This document shows positions 52,537-60,476 of a stretch of DNA of 64,000 nt, in pieces. How positions within the stretch are numbered: position 1 is the first letter of the stretch; every line of letters starts with the position of its first letter. The DNA is from Gammaproteobacteria bacterium (GTDB taxonomy: Bacteria; Pseudomonadota; Gammaproteobacteria; UBA4575). The notes beneath the pieces were generated by a model that was not told the DNA's origin, did no database searches, and worked only from the letters and a program-made list of their open reading frames with translations. Location of the stretch: positions 288,001 to 352,000 of the forward strand of contig CBDCUI010000007.1 of the NCBI GenBank assembly GCA_965222615.1. The letters are read 5' to 3'. The position numbers and the translations under genes were made by a program.

Positions 52537-53337
52537 ATGAACAAACTAATCACATTAGTCACAATTTTCTGCCTAACTTCTTTTGAAGTTTTAGCAACTG
52601 ATTTTGATAACACAAACTTATCATCAAATGATGTAGCGCATATCGCGCAGCCTTATTTATATGAAAATAATGAAATTGCGGTTATAACGATTACATCGAA
52701 TTCTGAAACTCTTCGAAAACTTGTACCTAAACCCTTGATCCCAAATGCTGGCAATACTATTTATTTCTACATAGGTGAATTTAATCTAAATCACCCAGAA
52801 AAAATAAACTACCGCGAATCGGGATTACTAATACCCGTTACCTATAAAGATAAAGAAAAAAATAAGACTGAACATGGTAGCTATTTTCCAGTTTTATACT
52901 TGGATCATATTGATGCCATTATTGGTGGAAGGGAGGTATATGGTTACCCGAAATATCTAGCGGATATAACGTTCACACGAGAAGATAAATCGATTCAAGG
53001 AATTGTAAAAATTAATGGAGAATTGCTTATTGAAGTTGAGTTCGATATTACAACAAAAGTAAAAAATCCTTCTCTCCCTAGTTGGAACATGTACTCACTG
53101 AAACGAATTCCAGGACCTGACCTAAAGAATGGAAATGTCATTAAGCAAATTATTTCGGCACCACAAAATGGTATAAAGATTCATGAAATGCACTTAGCCA
53201 CAGCAACATTGAAATTACATTCTGTAGGTAAAAATCCATTAGGTGCTATACCAATTTTAAATATATCAAACCCATTTTTCAGAGTTGAAAATATGACCAT
53301 AAACGCTGGTAAAGTCTTGTATGACTACCTAAAATAA
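52537..53337 (+). CDS. Acetoacetate-decarboxylase-family protein with a signal peptide
   Basis: YRESG..IPV, GGREVYGYPK. Confidence 0.8.
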   Translation: MNKLITLVTIFCLTSFEVLATDFDNTNLSSNDVAHIAQPYLYENNEIAVITITSNSETLRKLVPKPLIPNAGNTIYFYIGEFNLNHPEKINYRESGLLIPVTYKDKEKNKTEHGSYFPVLYLDHIDAIIGGREVYGYPKYLADITFTREDKSIQGIVKINGELLIEVEFDITTKVKNPSLPSWNMYSLKRIPGPDLKNGNVIKQIISAPQNGIKIHEMHLATATLKLHSVGKNPLGAIPILNISNPFFRVENMTINAGKVLYDYLK

Positions 53338-53515
53338 CTTCAACTAATATCCGCTATAGTCCGTTAGCAAAATTGCAAACTATGCTCTGGTGAGATGTAT
53401 TCATCAAATCAGCCATATATAAGACAAATAGAAACAGTAATTTACCCTTTTCTAGATTACTGATTGGAATGTATCCACCAAATTTCTCCAAATTGTCAAG
53501 TTGATTTTTGCAGTA

Positions 53516-54712
53516 TCAACCTTTCACGCAAACTACTTGTCTCAATGTATGTTCAACACTTACCAAGTCATTTTGGTTTTCCATAACCACGTCAATATCT
53601 TTGTATGCGCCAGGGATTTCATCTAATACACCTTTGTCTTTACGACATTCAACACCCGCAGTTTGCGCCTCGATATCTTCTTCATTGAAATGGCGTTTTG
53701 CTTTACCACGACTCATACGACGACCTGCGCCGTGCGAACATGAACTAAATGATTCAGGGTTACCTTTACCACGAACAATATAAGATTTAGCACCCATACT
53801 TCCTGGAATAATTCCAAGCTCATCCACGCCAGCACGGATCGCTCCTTTTCGCGTAATGTAAACATTTTCACCAAAGTGATTTTCCATAGACACATAATTG
53901 TGATGACAATTGATGGCTTCTTTAGTGATGCCAAATTTTGGTAAAACTTTTTTTAACGCATCAATGATTAAGCGCATCATTTCTTTACGATTTTCCATTG
54001 CGTAATCTTGAGCCCAGTTCACTGCATTTACGTAATCATCAAAGTGCTCAGCACCTTCAGTGAAATACGCTAAATCTTTATCAGGTAAATTATGAATATG
54101 CTTTTGCATATCTTGTTGTGCTAATCGAATAAAGTATTGACCAATAATATTCCCTACTCCACGGCTACCCGAATGAAGCATAATCCATACATCATTATTT
54201 TCATCCAAACAGATTTCAATAAAATGATTCCCCCCTCCAAGTGTGCCCAATTGGCGCACCCAAGTTTGATAAGGCTTTTTCTGCATCTTTAAAAGTTTAG
54301 GATGTTTATCTAGTAAGCGATCTAAACCGTCAGATAAAGGTCGTATAGTAGAATTCTTAGCTTTATCAGTCTTGTGCATATCAAAACCAACAGGAATTGC
54401 GTCTTCAATTGCAGTACGCACTTTACGTAAATTATCTGGAAGATCATCTGCATTGATTGAAAGGCGTAACGCATTCATGCCACAACCGATGTCTACACCA
54501 ACTGCAGCTGGAATGATTGCACCTTTACACGGAATTACAGAACCCACAGTCGCACCTTTACCAAAGTGTACATCCGGCATCGCCGCTATATGACTATGGA
54601 TAAAGGGCAACTGTGAAAGGTTGCATAGTTGTTGGTAGGCTTCGTGCTCAATGTCATCTGTATAGATTTTTACGCGCACTTTACCTTTGGTAATCACTTT
54701 CTTTATTGGCAT
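53516..54712 (-). CDS. rtcB: RtcB RNA ligase
   Basis: MPDVH.G.G, VGVDIGCG, GTLGGGNHFIE, HSGSRG, HHNY, RKGA, IPGSMG, SHGAGR, DEIPGAYK. Confidence 0.97.
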   Translation of the reverse strand: MPIKKVITKGKVRVKIYTDDIEHEAYQQLCNLSQLPFIHSHIAAMPDVHFGKGATVGSVIPCKGAIIPAAVGVDIGCGMNALRLSINADDLPDNLRKVRTAIEDAIPVGFDMHKTDKAKNSTIRPLSDGLDRLLDKHPKLLKMQKKPYQTWVRQLGTLGGGNHFIEICLDENNDVWIMLHSGSRGVGNIIGQYFIRLAQQDMQKHIHNLPDKDLAYFTEGAEHFDDYVNAVNWAQDYAMENRKEMMRLIIDALKKVLPKFGITKEAINCHHNYVSMENHFGENVYITRKGAIRAGVDELGIIPGSMGAKSYIVRGKGNPESFSSCSHGAGRRMSRGKAKRHFNEEDIEAQTAGVECRKDKGVLDEIPGAYKDIDVVMENQNDLVSVEHTLRQVVCVKG

Positions 54713-54724
54713 ATGTCACCCAAA

Positions 54725-54966
54725 TCAGTCCCTATAATATTCATTTCTATTAGAACCATCGTGTCGCTTGTTCTTCAAGCAACAATTCTTGAAATCTACG
54801 CCCTGATCCACATACACACAGATCATTACGGCCGAGCTTCTCGATAAGTTCTTTATTGCCATGAACGACTCTATTTCCTCGTTTAACGTTTGTTTCTGAT
54901 GGATATCCCTTGCGACGTTTACTCATACGCTCAAAAGGATTGGTCCTTATCTTTAAATTTACACAT
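54725..54966 (-). CDS. Small SEC-C-motif protein split over three frames (two +1 shifts)
   Basis: GGAGG SD, then ATG 54966 [11 protein letters not shown] (TTT TGA). +1 frame gives [13 protein letters not shown]...[17 protein letters not shown] further +1 at TTT-C (54794-54791) gives [21 protein letters not shown], completing the SEC-C motif. Confidence 0.7.
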
Positions 54967-54988
54967 GTTGCACCTCCGTTTTATTGAG

Positions 54989-56431
54989 CTAAACATAACT
55001 CACTATATTTAAGTTTTCTTTCAATGCCCAGCGTTGAAATATATCTTTCTCAGAATCAGTTGGTAAGCGATTATACTTTCCTCTTGCTTGGCAAATTTGT
55101 TTGTTATACATATTTACTTCTATCGTTAACATCTTTGTGATTCCAATCTTATTCTGTAGATCCATGGTGTAAATTGCACTTTTCCCCTTGTGGCAAGAAT
55201 TTGCATAACTTGCAACACAATGACCTTGCTTACGACCTTCAGCAACAAGTTCCTTACTAGATAGTAGCTCTCTTATTGTCCAAACTTTCATATTTCTATT
55301 CTTGCTATTCCCTTCAACGTACCTAAAATCATTAATACCAGACTTTTTCCATTGCAAGTTTCCACCACGGGATTCTCTACCGAGTTGTTGATGCCACTGC
55401 TCAACTTGTCTTAATAATGTTTCAGCTGTTCTACCTCGCATGGAAAAATTAGGTTGTGCAGGTCCGATTTCTCTAGCCACGCCTCGCTCAACAAACTCAA
55501 CTCTATTTTCATATTTTTGATTCCAAATATAATCCACAATTGGGTTTACATGGCTCAAATCCAACATTGGGTTTTCGATAAAAAACTGTATAACTCTTTG
55601 CCAAAATTCTTCATCTTTAAATCTTGTATTCAGTCGCGTTCCATTAATTGCATTGGCAATTGCAACATTTCCACCTAATGCTTTCACTTGTGCCCAACGA
55701 AATGCTCCTAACACACTATATGAAGTAGGCGCCTGTATAAAATGATGGGCCATTTTCTTAGTCAGTCTAATAGGTAAAGAATGAGCCGTTCTAATATTGT
55801 GTCCTTTACCTATATGCATGAACCATTTTTGCTGTTTTTTGTTTCCCTGTAACCAAACATAATCCATAAATTCTGGTACATAATAATTCGCGAACAAGTG
55901 TCTAGCTAACGATGAAAACTGGCGAACTGCATTATATGTAGAAGGCTCCCATACATATAAATCACGTAACCACTTGGTTCGATATAATGTGAAATTTATA
56001 ATCCCTCGCACAAAATCTACCGAACTAAAAAGCTTTGTTCTTTCCTCCAGGTATAGCAAGGCTTTTAATAGCTGTTTTTTCTCTTTTGATATACGAAACC
56101 CTTCGTATACAATTTGTAGAACTTTACTATTAATTTCATTTAGAGGTAGTTTATTATCAAAAATTAATTCAATCTGATATCTTATCTTCCCCTCTTTACT
56201 ATGCTTCTTAAGCTTTTCTTCCGCTAATATTTCTTTATATTTCTCTATCTCCTTATAACGTTGAGAATATTTCTTATCTAGTTTTGAACTGAAACCATTC
56301 GCTTTACACCATTTTTTATATTCGGCTATGTCTTTCAAATTTAGGGCACGAGCATGCATCAAGACCTCTAACTCTAAGTCCTGATCAATCGTTTTCAATT
56401 TTTTATTTTTTCGTGCCATATCAATATTCAA
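54989..56431 (-). CDS. PcfJ-domain protein
   Basis: W.IRELLS..EL..EG..Q.HCVASY...C..G, LTIEV, Q.RGK.N..P. Confidence 0.8.
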   Translation of the reverse strand: MNIDMARKNKKLKTIDQDLELEVLMHARALNLKDIAEYKKWCKANGFSSKLDKKYSQRYKEIEKYKEILAEEKLKKHSKEGKIRYQIELIFDNKLPLNEINSKVLQIVYEGFRISKEKKQLLKALLYLEERTKLFSSVDFVRGIINFTLYRTKWLRDLYVWEPSTYNAVRQFSSLARHLFANYYVPEFMDYVWLQGNKKQQKWFMHIGKGHNIRTAHSLPIRLTKKMAHHFIQAPTSYSVLGAFRWAQVKALGGNVAIANAINGTRLNTRFKDEEFWQRVIQFFIENPMLDLSHVNPIVDYIWNQKYENRVEFVERGVAREIGPAQPNFSMRGRTAETLLRQVEQWHQQLGRESRGGNLQWKKSGINDFRYVEGNSKNRNMKVWTIRELLSSKELVAEGRKQGHCVASYANSCHKGKSAIYTMDLQNKIGITKMLTIEVNMYNKQICQARGKYNRLPTDSEKDIFQRWALKENLNIVSYV

Positions 56432-56505
56432 TTAAATTTAGCTAATTCCATTTAAATGACGCAGGCCCTCTAGTAATAAAGGACCTTTGTCAGTTTATTT
56501 TCACG

Positions 56506-57654
56506 CTACCCATCAACTTTGATTTGTACCGTGTCTTTTAGGATGCCGTCCAAACCTCCGAAGACGGTTAGTTTGTCTACTTTGTCTGTGACTTTTTCCA
56601 ACGTCTCCAACTCTTTCAAGCGCATCAAGGTTGGGTTGTCATCCATCAATTTCGCAGTGTTCAACAATGAACGTGTAGCTGCAGTTTCTTCACGTCTTTT
56701 AATGACATTTGCTTGCGCCACTTTTTCTGCTTGAACCACTTGGTTCAAGATGTCTTTCATGTCGCCTGGCAAAATGACATCTTTCACGCCAACGCTGCGA
56801 ATTTCGATACCGTATTCAGATACGTTTGCTTTAACAGATTCGTAGACGTATTTGTCTAGTTCATCTTTAGTTACAAGCAATGCATCCAAAGTGCGTGTAC
56901 CAATTACCTGACGAAGTGCAAATTGCATTTCGCGGTAAATATATCCAGCAAGGTCTACCAATTCATGACGCGCTTTAATTGGATCACGAATTTGATATTG
57001 AGCCGACAAGTTTGCACGTAGGCTAACTTTGTCTTTTGTCAAAATCTCTTGACCTTGCACTTCCATGCTTTGCATACGCAAATCAACTTGCTCAACTTTT
57101 ACGTTGCGGTTGTATTTCCAGTATGCGTACAGACCTGGTTGCAATGATTCTTTTAATTCACCATCCACAACCAATAGGCCAACATGGTTATCTGCAACTT
57201 CTGCGATATAAATTGAATTAATCAATTCATTTGGTATTTGTTTTGCACGTGTGTGCACAAACTGACCCACTTTATTTGCAGGTAATGCAAAATCTTCTGC
57301 AATATTTTGCACTTCAACTGTCATTTCAACTGGACCTTTCCAAAATAATTGGCGTGTGCCAGGTGCTACAACAGTGCTCAATTGACCACGTTGATAAACC
57401 AATCCAACTTCATATGCATCTGTCTCAACAACTTGGAAGTATTTAGTTACTATCTCAGGTTGTTCTTTTACTAAGACATCCACATATTTGTGGTTGAATT
57501 GCGCTTCCGTTACATCATAAATCTCGACTTGGATACGGCCGAAAATATCGAAATAACGATATACACTCGGTTCAAGCACCTTTACGATGCTACGGTTTTT
57601 CAAATAAATACCGCGCTCATGCTGCGCAATAACAATTCTTTTCAATCCGAACAT
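56506..57654 (-). CDS. Slipin (SPFH/band-7 family) protein
   Basis: GQEILTKDKVSLR.N, KDVILPG.MK.ILNQVV.AEK.AQAN.I.RREETAATRSLLNTA; AAGGAG SD before ATG 57654. Confidence 0.92.
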   Translation of the reverse strand: MFGLKRIVIAQHERGIYLKNRSIVKVLEPSVYRYFDIFGRIQVEIYDVTEAQFNHKYVDVLVKEQPEIVTKYFQVVETDAYEVGLVYQRGQLSTVVAPGTRQLFWKGPVEMTVEVQNIAEDFALPANKVGQFVHTRAKQIPNELINSIYIAEVADNHVGLLVVDGELKESLQPGLYAYWKYNRNVKVEQVDLRMQSMEVQGQEILTKDKVSLRANLSAQYQIRDPIKARHELVDLAGYIYREMQFALRQVIGTRTLDALLVTKDELDKYVYESVKANVSEYGIEIRSVGVKDVILPGDMKDILNQVVQAEKVAQANVIKRREETAATRSLLNTAKLMDDNPTLMRLKELETLEKVTDKVDKLTVFGGLDGILKDTVQIKVDG

Positions 57655-57699
57655 AGTTACTCCTTTTAAATAAAGTTTCGGGAAATGCTCCACATATAA

Positions 57700-58250
57700 A
57701 TTGCGGGTAAACTCCTGTTGTAGTAACGGGTCTACAAACTTTCACATATCATTGCGATACCCCAACTATCGCTTTGAATATGTTTCAGTCTCTAGACTGG
57801 TTATCACAAGCTTGTGATTACTCAGGCAATCTACATGTTGCGACATAAACAAACTCTCAACCGTAGTTGAGCTATTTGAAATGTCACGGGAACATTTCCC
57901 TAGTTAGTGTTTTCACACAAAATGCGGAATCGAACCGCAGGCTTTCGCCATTACCAATGAACAACGTTTAAAGTTGTCGAAAGAACAGGAATCGAACCTG
58001 CAACATTTCCGTTATCAGCGGAATGCTCTCCCTTTGAGCTATCTTTCACTGGTGTATCGGACCACTTACAACTTTGTATACACATTGCAATCACCTTTCG
58101 GTTTAGCTTCGGTGCACAGGTCTGAATTCAAGAATCAGATCCGCTAAGTAAATAAATGTCTCTCAATACTCATGAACTCAATGTTTATAAAACATCGAAT
58201 TACAATTCTTTAAATACAGGTGACCTGCCCCATTGCAGGCCACCATTTTT
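57700..58250 (-). ncRNA. Putative ~550-nt structured RNA containing tRNA-Ile and a free T-arm
   Basis: No long ORF. Dense hairpins with minus-strand GAAA/UACG tetraloops at 58093-58102, 57940-57949, 57907-57918 and 57856-57871; T-arm at 57923-57939. Confidence 0.55.
57974..58048 (-). tRNA. tRNA-Ile(GAU), ending ACAA instead of ACCA
   Basis: TGAAAGA/TCTTTCG acceptor; TTCCG-CTGATAA-CGGAA; GCAGG-TTCGATT-CCTGT. Confidence 0.75.
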
Positions 58251-58272
58251 CACGTCCCCTTTCTACTAAAAT

Positions 58273-58839
58273 TTAACGTCGCTCTTTAGGACATTGTGTT
58301 TTCAAGAACGCCATTTGGTCTGCCAAAATTTTGCGGTTAGATAAAATCAATCCTTCTGCATAATTTGGCTCATATGGAATTCCTAATAATGAAATTCCTA
58401 TTCTTTCTGCCTCACTAGGCATTAAACTATCTTTACGTGCATTACATGCACGGCATGCTGTAACCACATTCATCCATGTGTTTTTTCCACCACGTGATAG
58501 TGGAATCACATGATCGCGCGTTAAGCGATTTCGAGAATATTGATCACCGCAATACATGCACATGTAATCATCACGTCGAAACAATCTTGCATTTGTAAGT
58601 GCAGGCACTTCACGAATGTGGTCGTCTGATCGCATCACACCATGTGTTGCAACAATACTGTTCACATCAATAAATGAACGAGTTCTTGTTCTGCGATTTA
58701 CACCACCATGAATACGGAAAGAATTTGAACCCATTTCGTAAACAACTTGTTCTCGTGCATACACTAATGCTGCATATTCCCAGTTCATCCATTCAACTGG
58801 ACGCCCAGCTACGTCTAAACGCAAAATTAAATTTTCCAT
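58273..58839 (-). CDS. HNH endonuclease (McrA-like, Zn-binding)
   Basis: RDDY.CMYCG, TRDHVIP.SRGG, N.VTAC..CN..K. Confidence 0.92.
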   Translation of the reverse strand: MENLILRLDVAGRPVEWMNWEYAALVYAREQVVYEMGSNSFRIHGGVNRRTRTRSFIDVNSIVATHGVMRSDDHIREVPALTNARLFRRDDYMCMYCGDQYSRNRLTRDHVIPLSRGGKNTWMNVVTACRACNARKDSLMPSEAERIGISLLGIPYEPNYAEGLILSNRKILADQMAFLKTQCPKERR

Positions 58840-58867
58840 TTAACTTTTCTCTTTTATAAAGTTACTG

Positions 58868-58891
58868 TTTAACAATTTGGATGATTGAAGT
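58868..58891 (-). repeat. Trailer arm of the 24-bp inverted repeat bracketing the tRNA array
   Basis: TTTAACAATTTGGATGATTGAAGT is the exact reverse complement of 62373-62396. Confidence 0.9.
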
Positions 58892-58898
58892 GGTTAAG

Positions 58899-58946
58899 AA
58901 TGGCTTCGCCATTTCTTAATTCGCGCGTAATACCCACGCGCAAGTG
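58899..58946 (-). repeat. Double-hairpin spacer repeat, copy 1
   Basis: Directly 3' of the tRNA-Leu(CAA) CCA; similar to 59121-59169 and 60766-60814. Confidence 0.8.
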
Positions 58947-59023
58947 TGGTACGCAGCCCCAGATTTGAACTGGGAATCAAGTAGGTTTGAGCTACTCAGG
59001 TCTTCCAATTGCCTCAGCTGCGC
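58947..59023 (-). tRNA. tRNA-Leu(CAA), short variable loop
   Basis: AGTAG-CTCAAAC-CTACT; encoded CCA. Confidence 0.85.
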
Positions 59024-59034
59024 AAATATTGTGT

Positions 59035-59111
59035 TGGTATCCCTGGCAAGATTCGAACTTGCAACATTCTGGTTTTAAGTCAGATGCGTCTTCCGGTTGC
59101 GCCACAGGGAC
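59035..59111 (-). tRNA. tRNA-Leu(UAA), short variable loop
   Basis: TCTGA-CTTAAAA-CCAGA; encoded CCA. Confidence 0.85.
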
Positions 59112-59120
59112 GTTAGTCAA

Positions 59121-59169
59121 TGTATGCCTACGGCATTATTAATTTGCGAGTAATAGCCACTCGCATGTC
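59121..59169 (-). repeat. Double-hairpin spacer repeat, copy 2
   Basis: Directly 3' of the tRNA-Leu(UAG) CCA. Confidence 0.8.
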
Positions 59170-59248
59170 TGGTAGCCACCCTCGGATTCGAACCGAGAAA
59201 CACCGCGTTCTAAGCACGGTAGGTATGACCTATTCCCGTCAGGTGGCC
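59170..59248 (-). tRNA. tRNA-Leu(UAG), short variable loop
   Basis: CCGTG-CTTAGAA-CGCGG; encoded CCA. Confidence 0.85.
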
Positions 59249-59249
59249 A

Positions 59250-59325
59250 TGGCACCCCTAGTAAGATTCGAACTCACATCAACTGATTTAGAAGATCAGT
59301 GCTTTTCCTATTAAGCTATAGAGGT
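59250..59325 (-). tRNA. tRNA-Arg(UCU)
   Basis: CTGAT-CTTCTAA-ATCAG; encoded CCA. Confidence 0.9.
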
Positions 59326-59349
59326 TAAAAACTGTTTACATAAATTTTT

Positions 59350-59446
59350 TGGTACCCCAACCAAGATTCGAACTTGGATCTACCACTAATCTGGTGCGTG
59401 AATCACGGGATATAAATCCGCTGCTTTACCGTTAAGCTATTGGGGC
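59350..59446 (-). tRNA. tRNA with UAU (Ile) anticodon and an extended variable region
   Basis: GCGGA-TTTATAT-CCCGT; ~27-nt variable region; 97 nt; encoded CCA. Confidence 0.75.
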
Positions 59447-59455
59447 AAAAATATT

Positions 59456-59529
59456 TGGACACTCCGCTCAGAATTGAACTGAGTCCTCAAGGGTTGCAAC
59501 CTTGCGTCTTGCCGATCGACCACGGAGTG
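59456..59529 (-). tRNA. tRNA-Cys(GCA)
   Basis: CAAGG-TTGCAAC-CCTTG; U73; CCA. Confidence 0.9.
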
Positions 59530-59530
59530 T

Positions 59531-59605
59531 TGGCACATCCGGAAAGATTTGAACTTTCATCTTTGGGTTTGGAGGCCAATGTTCTGCCAATTGAACTACA
59601 GATGC
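59531..59605 (-). tRNA. tRNA-Trp(CCA)
   Basis: TTGGC-CTCCAAA-CCCAA; G73; CCA. Confidence 0.85.
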
Positions 59606-59607
59606 TC

Positions 59608-59683
59608 TGGCTGGGAATCCTGGACTCGAACCAAGATCTCAAGAGTCAAAGTCTTGCGTCTTAACCAGTTAGACGAATTCCCA
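59608..59683 (-). tRNA. tRNA-Gln(UUG)
   Basis: CAAGA-CTTTGAC-TCTTG; U1-A72, G73; CCA. Confidence 0.9.
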
Positions 59684-59692
59684 ATTTTAATT

Positions 59693-59769
59693 TGGCGCGG
59701 TTGGAAAGATTCAAACTTTCATCTACGACTTTCGTAGAGTCGTGCTTTATCCGATTAAGCTACAACCGC
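59693..59769 (-). tRNA. tRNA-Arg(ACG)
   Basis: CGACT-CTACGAA-AGTCG; CCA. Confidence 0.88.
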
Positions 59770-59778
59770 AAAATTTTT

Positions 59779-59854
59779 TGGTAGCCCGAATCCGATTCGA
59801 ACGGATAACTTTCGCTTTGTAAGAACGACACTCTGCCAATTGAGTTATCGGGCT
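59779..59854 (-). tRNA. tRNA-Val(UAC)
   Basis: TCGTT-CTTACAA-AGCGA; CCA. Confidence 0.88.
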
Positions 59855-59864
59855 AATATTATTT

Positions 59865-59936
59865 TGGTAGTTACGGTTAGAATCGAACTAACAAGTCCAG
59901 GGTTATGAGCCCTAGCTGAAGACCACTTCCGTAACT
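59865..59936 (-). tRNA. tRNA-Met(CAU), initiator-like with a truncated D-arm
   Basis: TAGGG-CTCATAA-CCCTG (three G-C pairs); D-arm only GAAG-TGGT-CTTC; 72 nt; CCA. Confidence 0.75.
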
Positions 59937-59944
59937 AAAATATT

Positions 59945-60018
59945 TGGTGGATCCAGTAGGAGTCGAACCTACCTCTGCGGGTTAAAAGCCCGCTGCACAG
60001 CCGCTATGCCATAGATCC
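59945..60018 (-). tRNA. tRNA-Lys(UUU)
   Basis: GCGGG-CTTTTAA-CCCGC; CCA. Confidence 0.88.
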
Positions 60019-60019
60019 T

Positions 60020-60095
60020 TGGCACGCCTGAAAGGATTTGAACCTTTATCTCACTGGTTCGAAGCCAGTTGCTTTTCCATTTAAGCTACAGACGT
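60020..60095 (-). tRNA. tRNA-Arg(UCG)
   Basis: ACTGG-CTTCGAA-CCAGT; CCA. Confidence 0.88.
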
Positions 60096-60097
60096 AT

Positions 60098-60188
60098 TGG
60101 CGGAGAAGAACAGATTCGAACTGTTGAATGAAAAATTTCCATTTCTCCTTTAGCAAAGGAGCGCTTTAAACCACTCAGCCACTTCTCC
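60098..60188 (-). tRNA. tRNA-Ser(GCU)
   Basis: CTCCT-TTGCTAA-AGGAG; long V-arm; G73; CCA. Confidence 0.9.
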
Positions 60189-60204
60189 AATTTATATTTA
60201 TATT

Positions 60205-60280
60205 TGGGGTGAACTACCGGACTCGAACCGGTATCTACCAGATTCACGTTCTGGGGCTTTGCCATTAAGCTAAGCTCACC
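60205..60280 (-). tRNA. tRNA-His(GUG)
   Basis: G-1:C73; CCAGA-ACGTGAA-TCTGG (C33 instead of U33); CCA. Confidence 0.85.
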
Positions 60281-60290
60281 ATAATTATTT

Positions 60291-60381
60291 TGGCGGAAGG
60301 CGGAGGGCACGATCCCCACTAACCAAAAGCCAGCCACCAGTTTTCAAGACTGGGACACCCCCACTGGGTGAATCACCTTCC
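60291..60381 (-). tRNA. tRNA-Ser(UGA) with an 8/4 acceptor/T-stem fold
   Basis: GGAAGGTG/CGCCTTCC 8-bp acceptor; GGGG-ATCGTGC-CCTC 4-bp T-arm; CACCC/GGGTG D-stem; CCAGT-CTTGAAA-ACTGG. Confidence 0.75.
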
Positions 60382-60396
60382 TTATATATGTAGGTT

Positions 60397-60471
60397 TGGA
60401 GCGGATAATCGGATTCGAACCGATATTTATGGTTTGGAAGACCATCACTCTGCCAATTGAGTTATACCCGC
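60397..60471 (-). tRNA. tRNA-Gly(UCC)
   Basis: ATGGT-CTTCCAA-ACCAT; U73; CCA. Confidence 0.9.
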
Positions 60472-60476
60472 AAATT

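Noticed and set aside
5057-57446. Many short antisense or out-of-frame ORFs nested in long genes (for example 5057, 6970, 11843, 13072, 21187, 39759, 48474, 48951, 53508, 56519)
   Set aside because: Shadow ORFs of well-supported genes, with no SD or domain signature.
60291-60381. Selenocysteine tRNA (long acceptor and D stems)
   Set aside because: The anticodon is UGA (reads UCA, Ser), not UCA; no selA/selB in the window.
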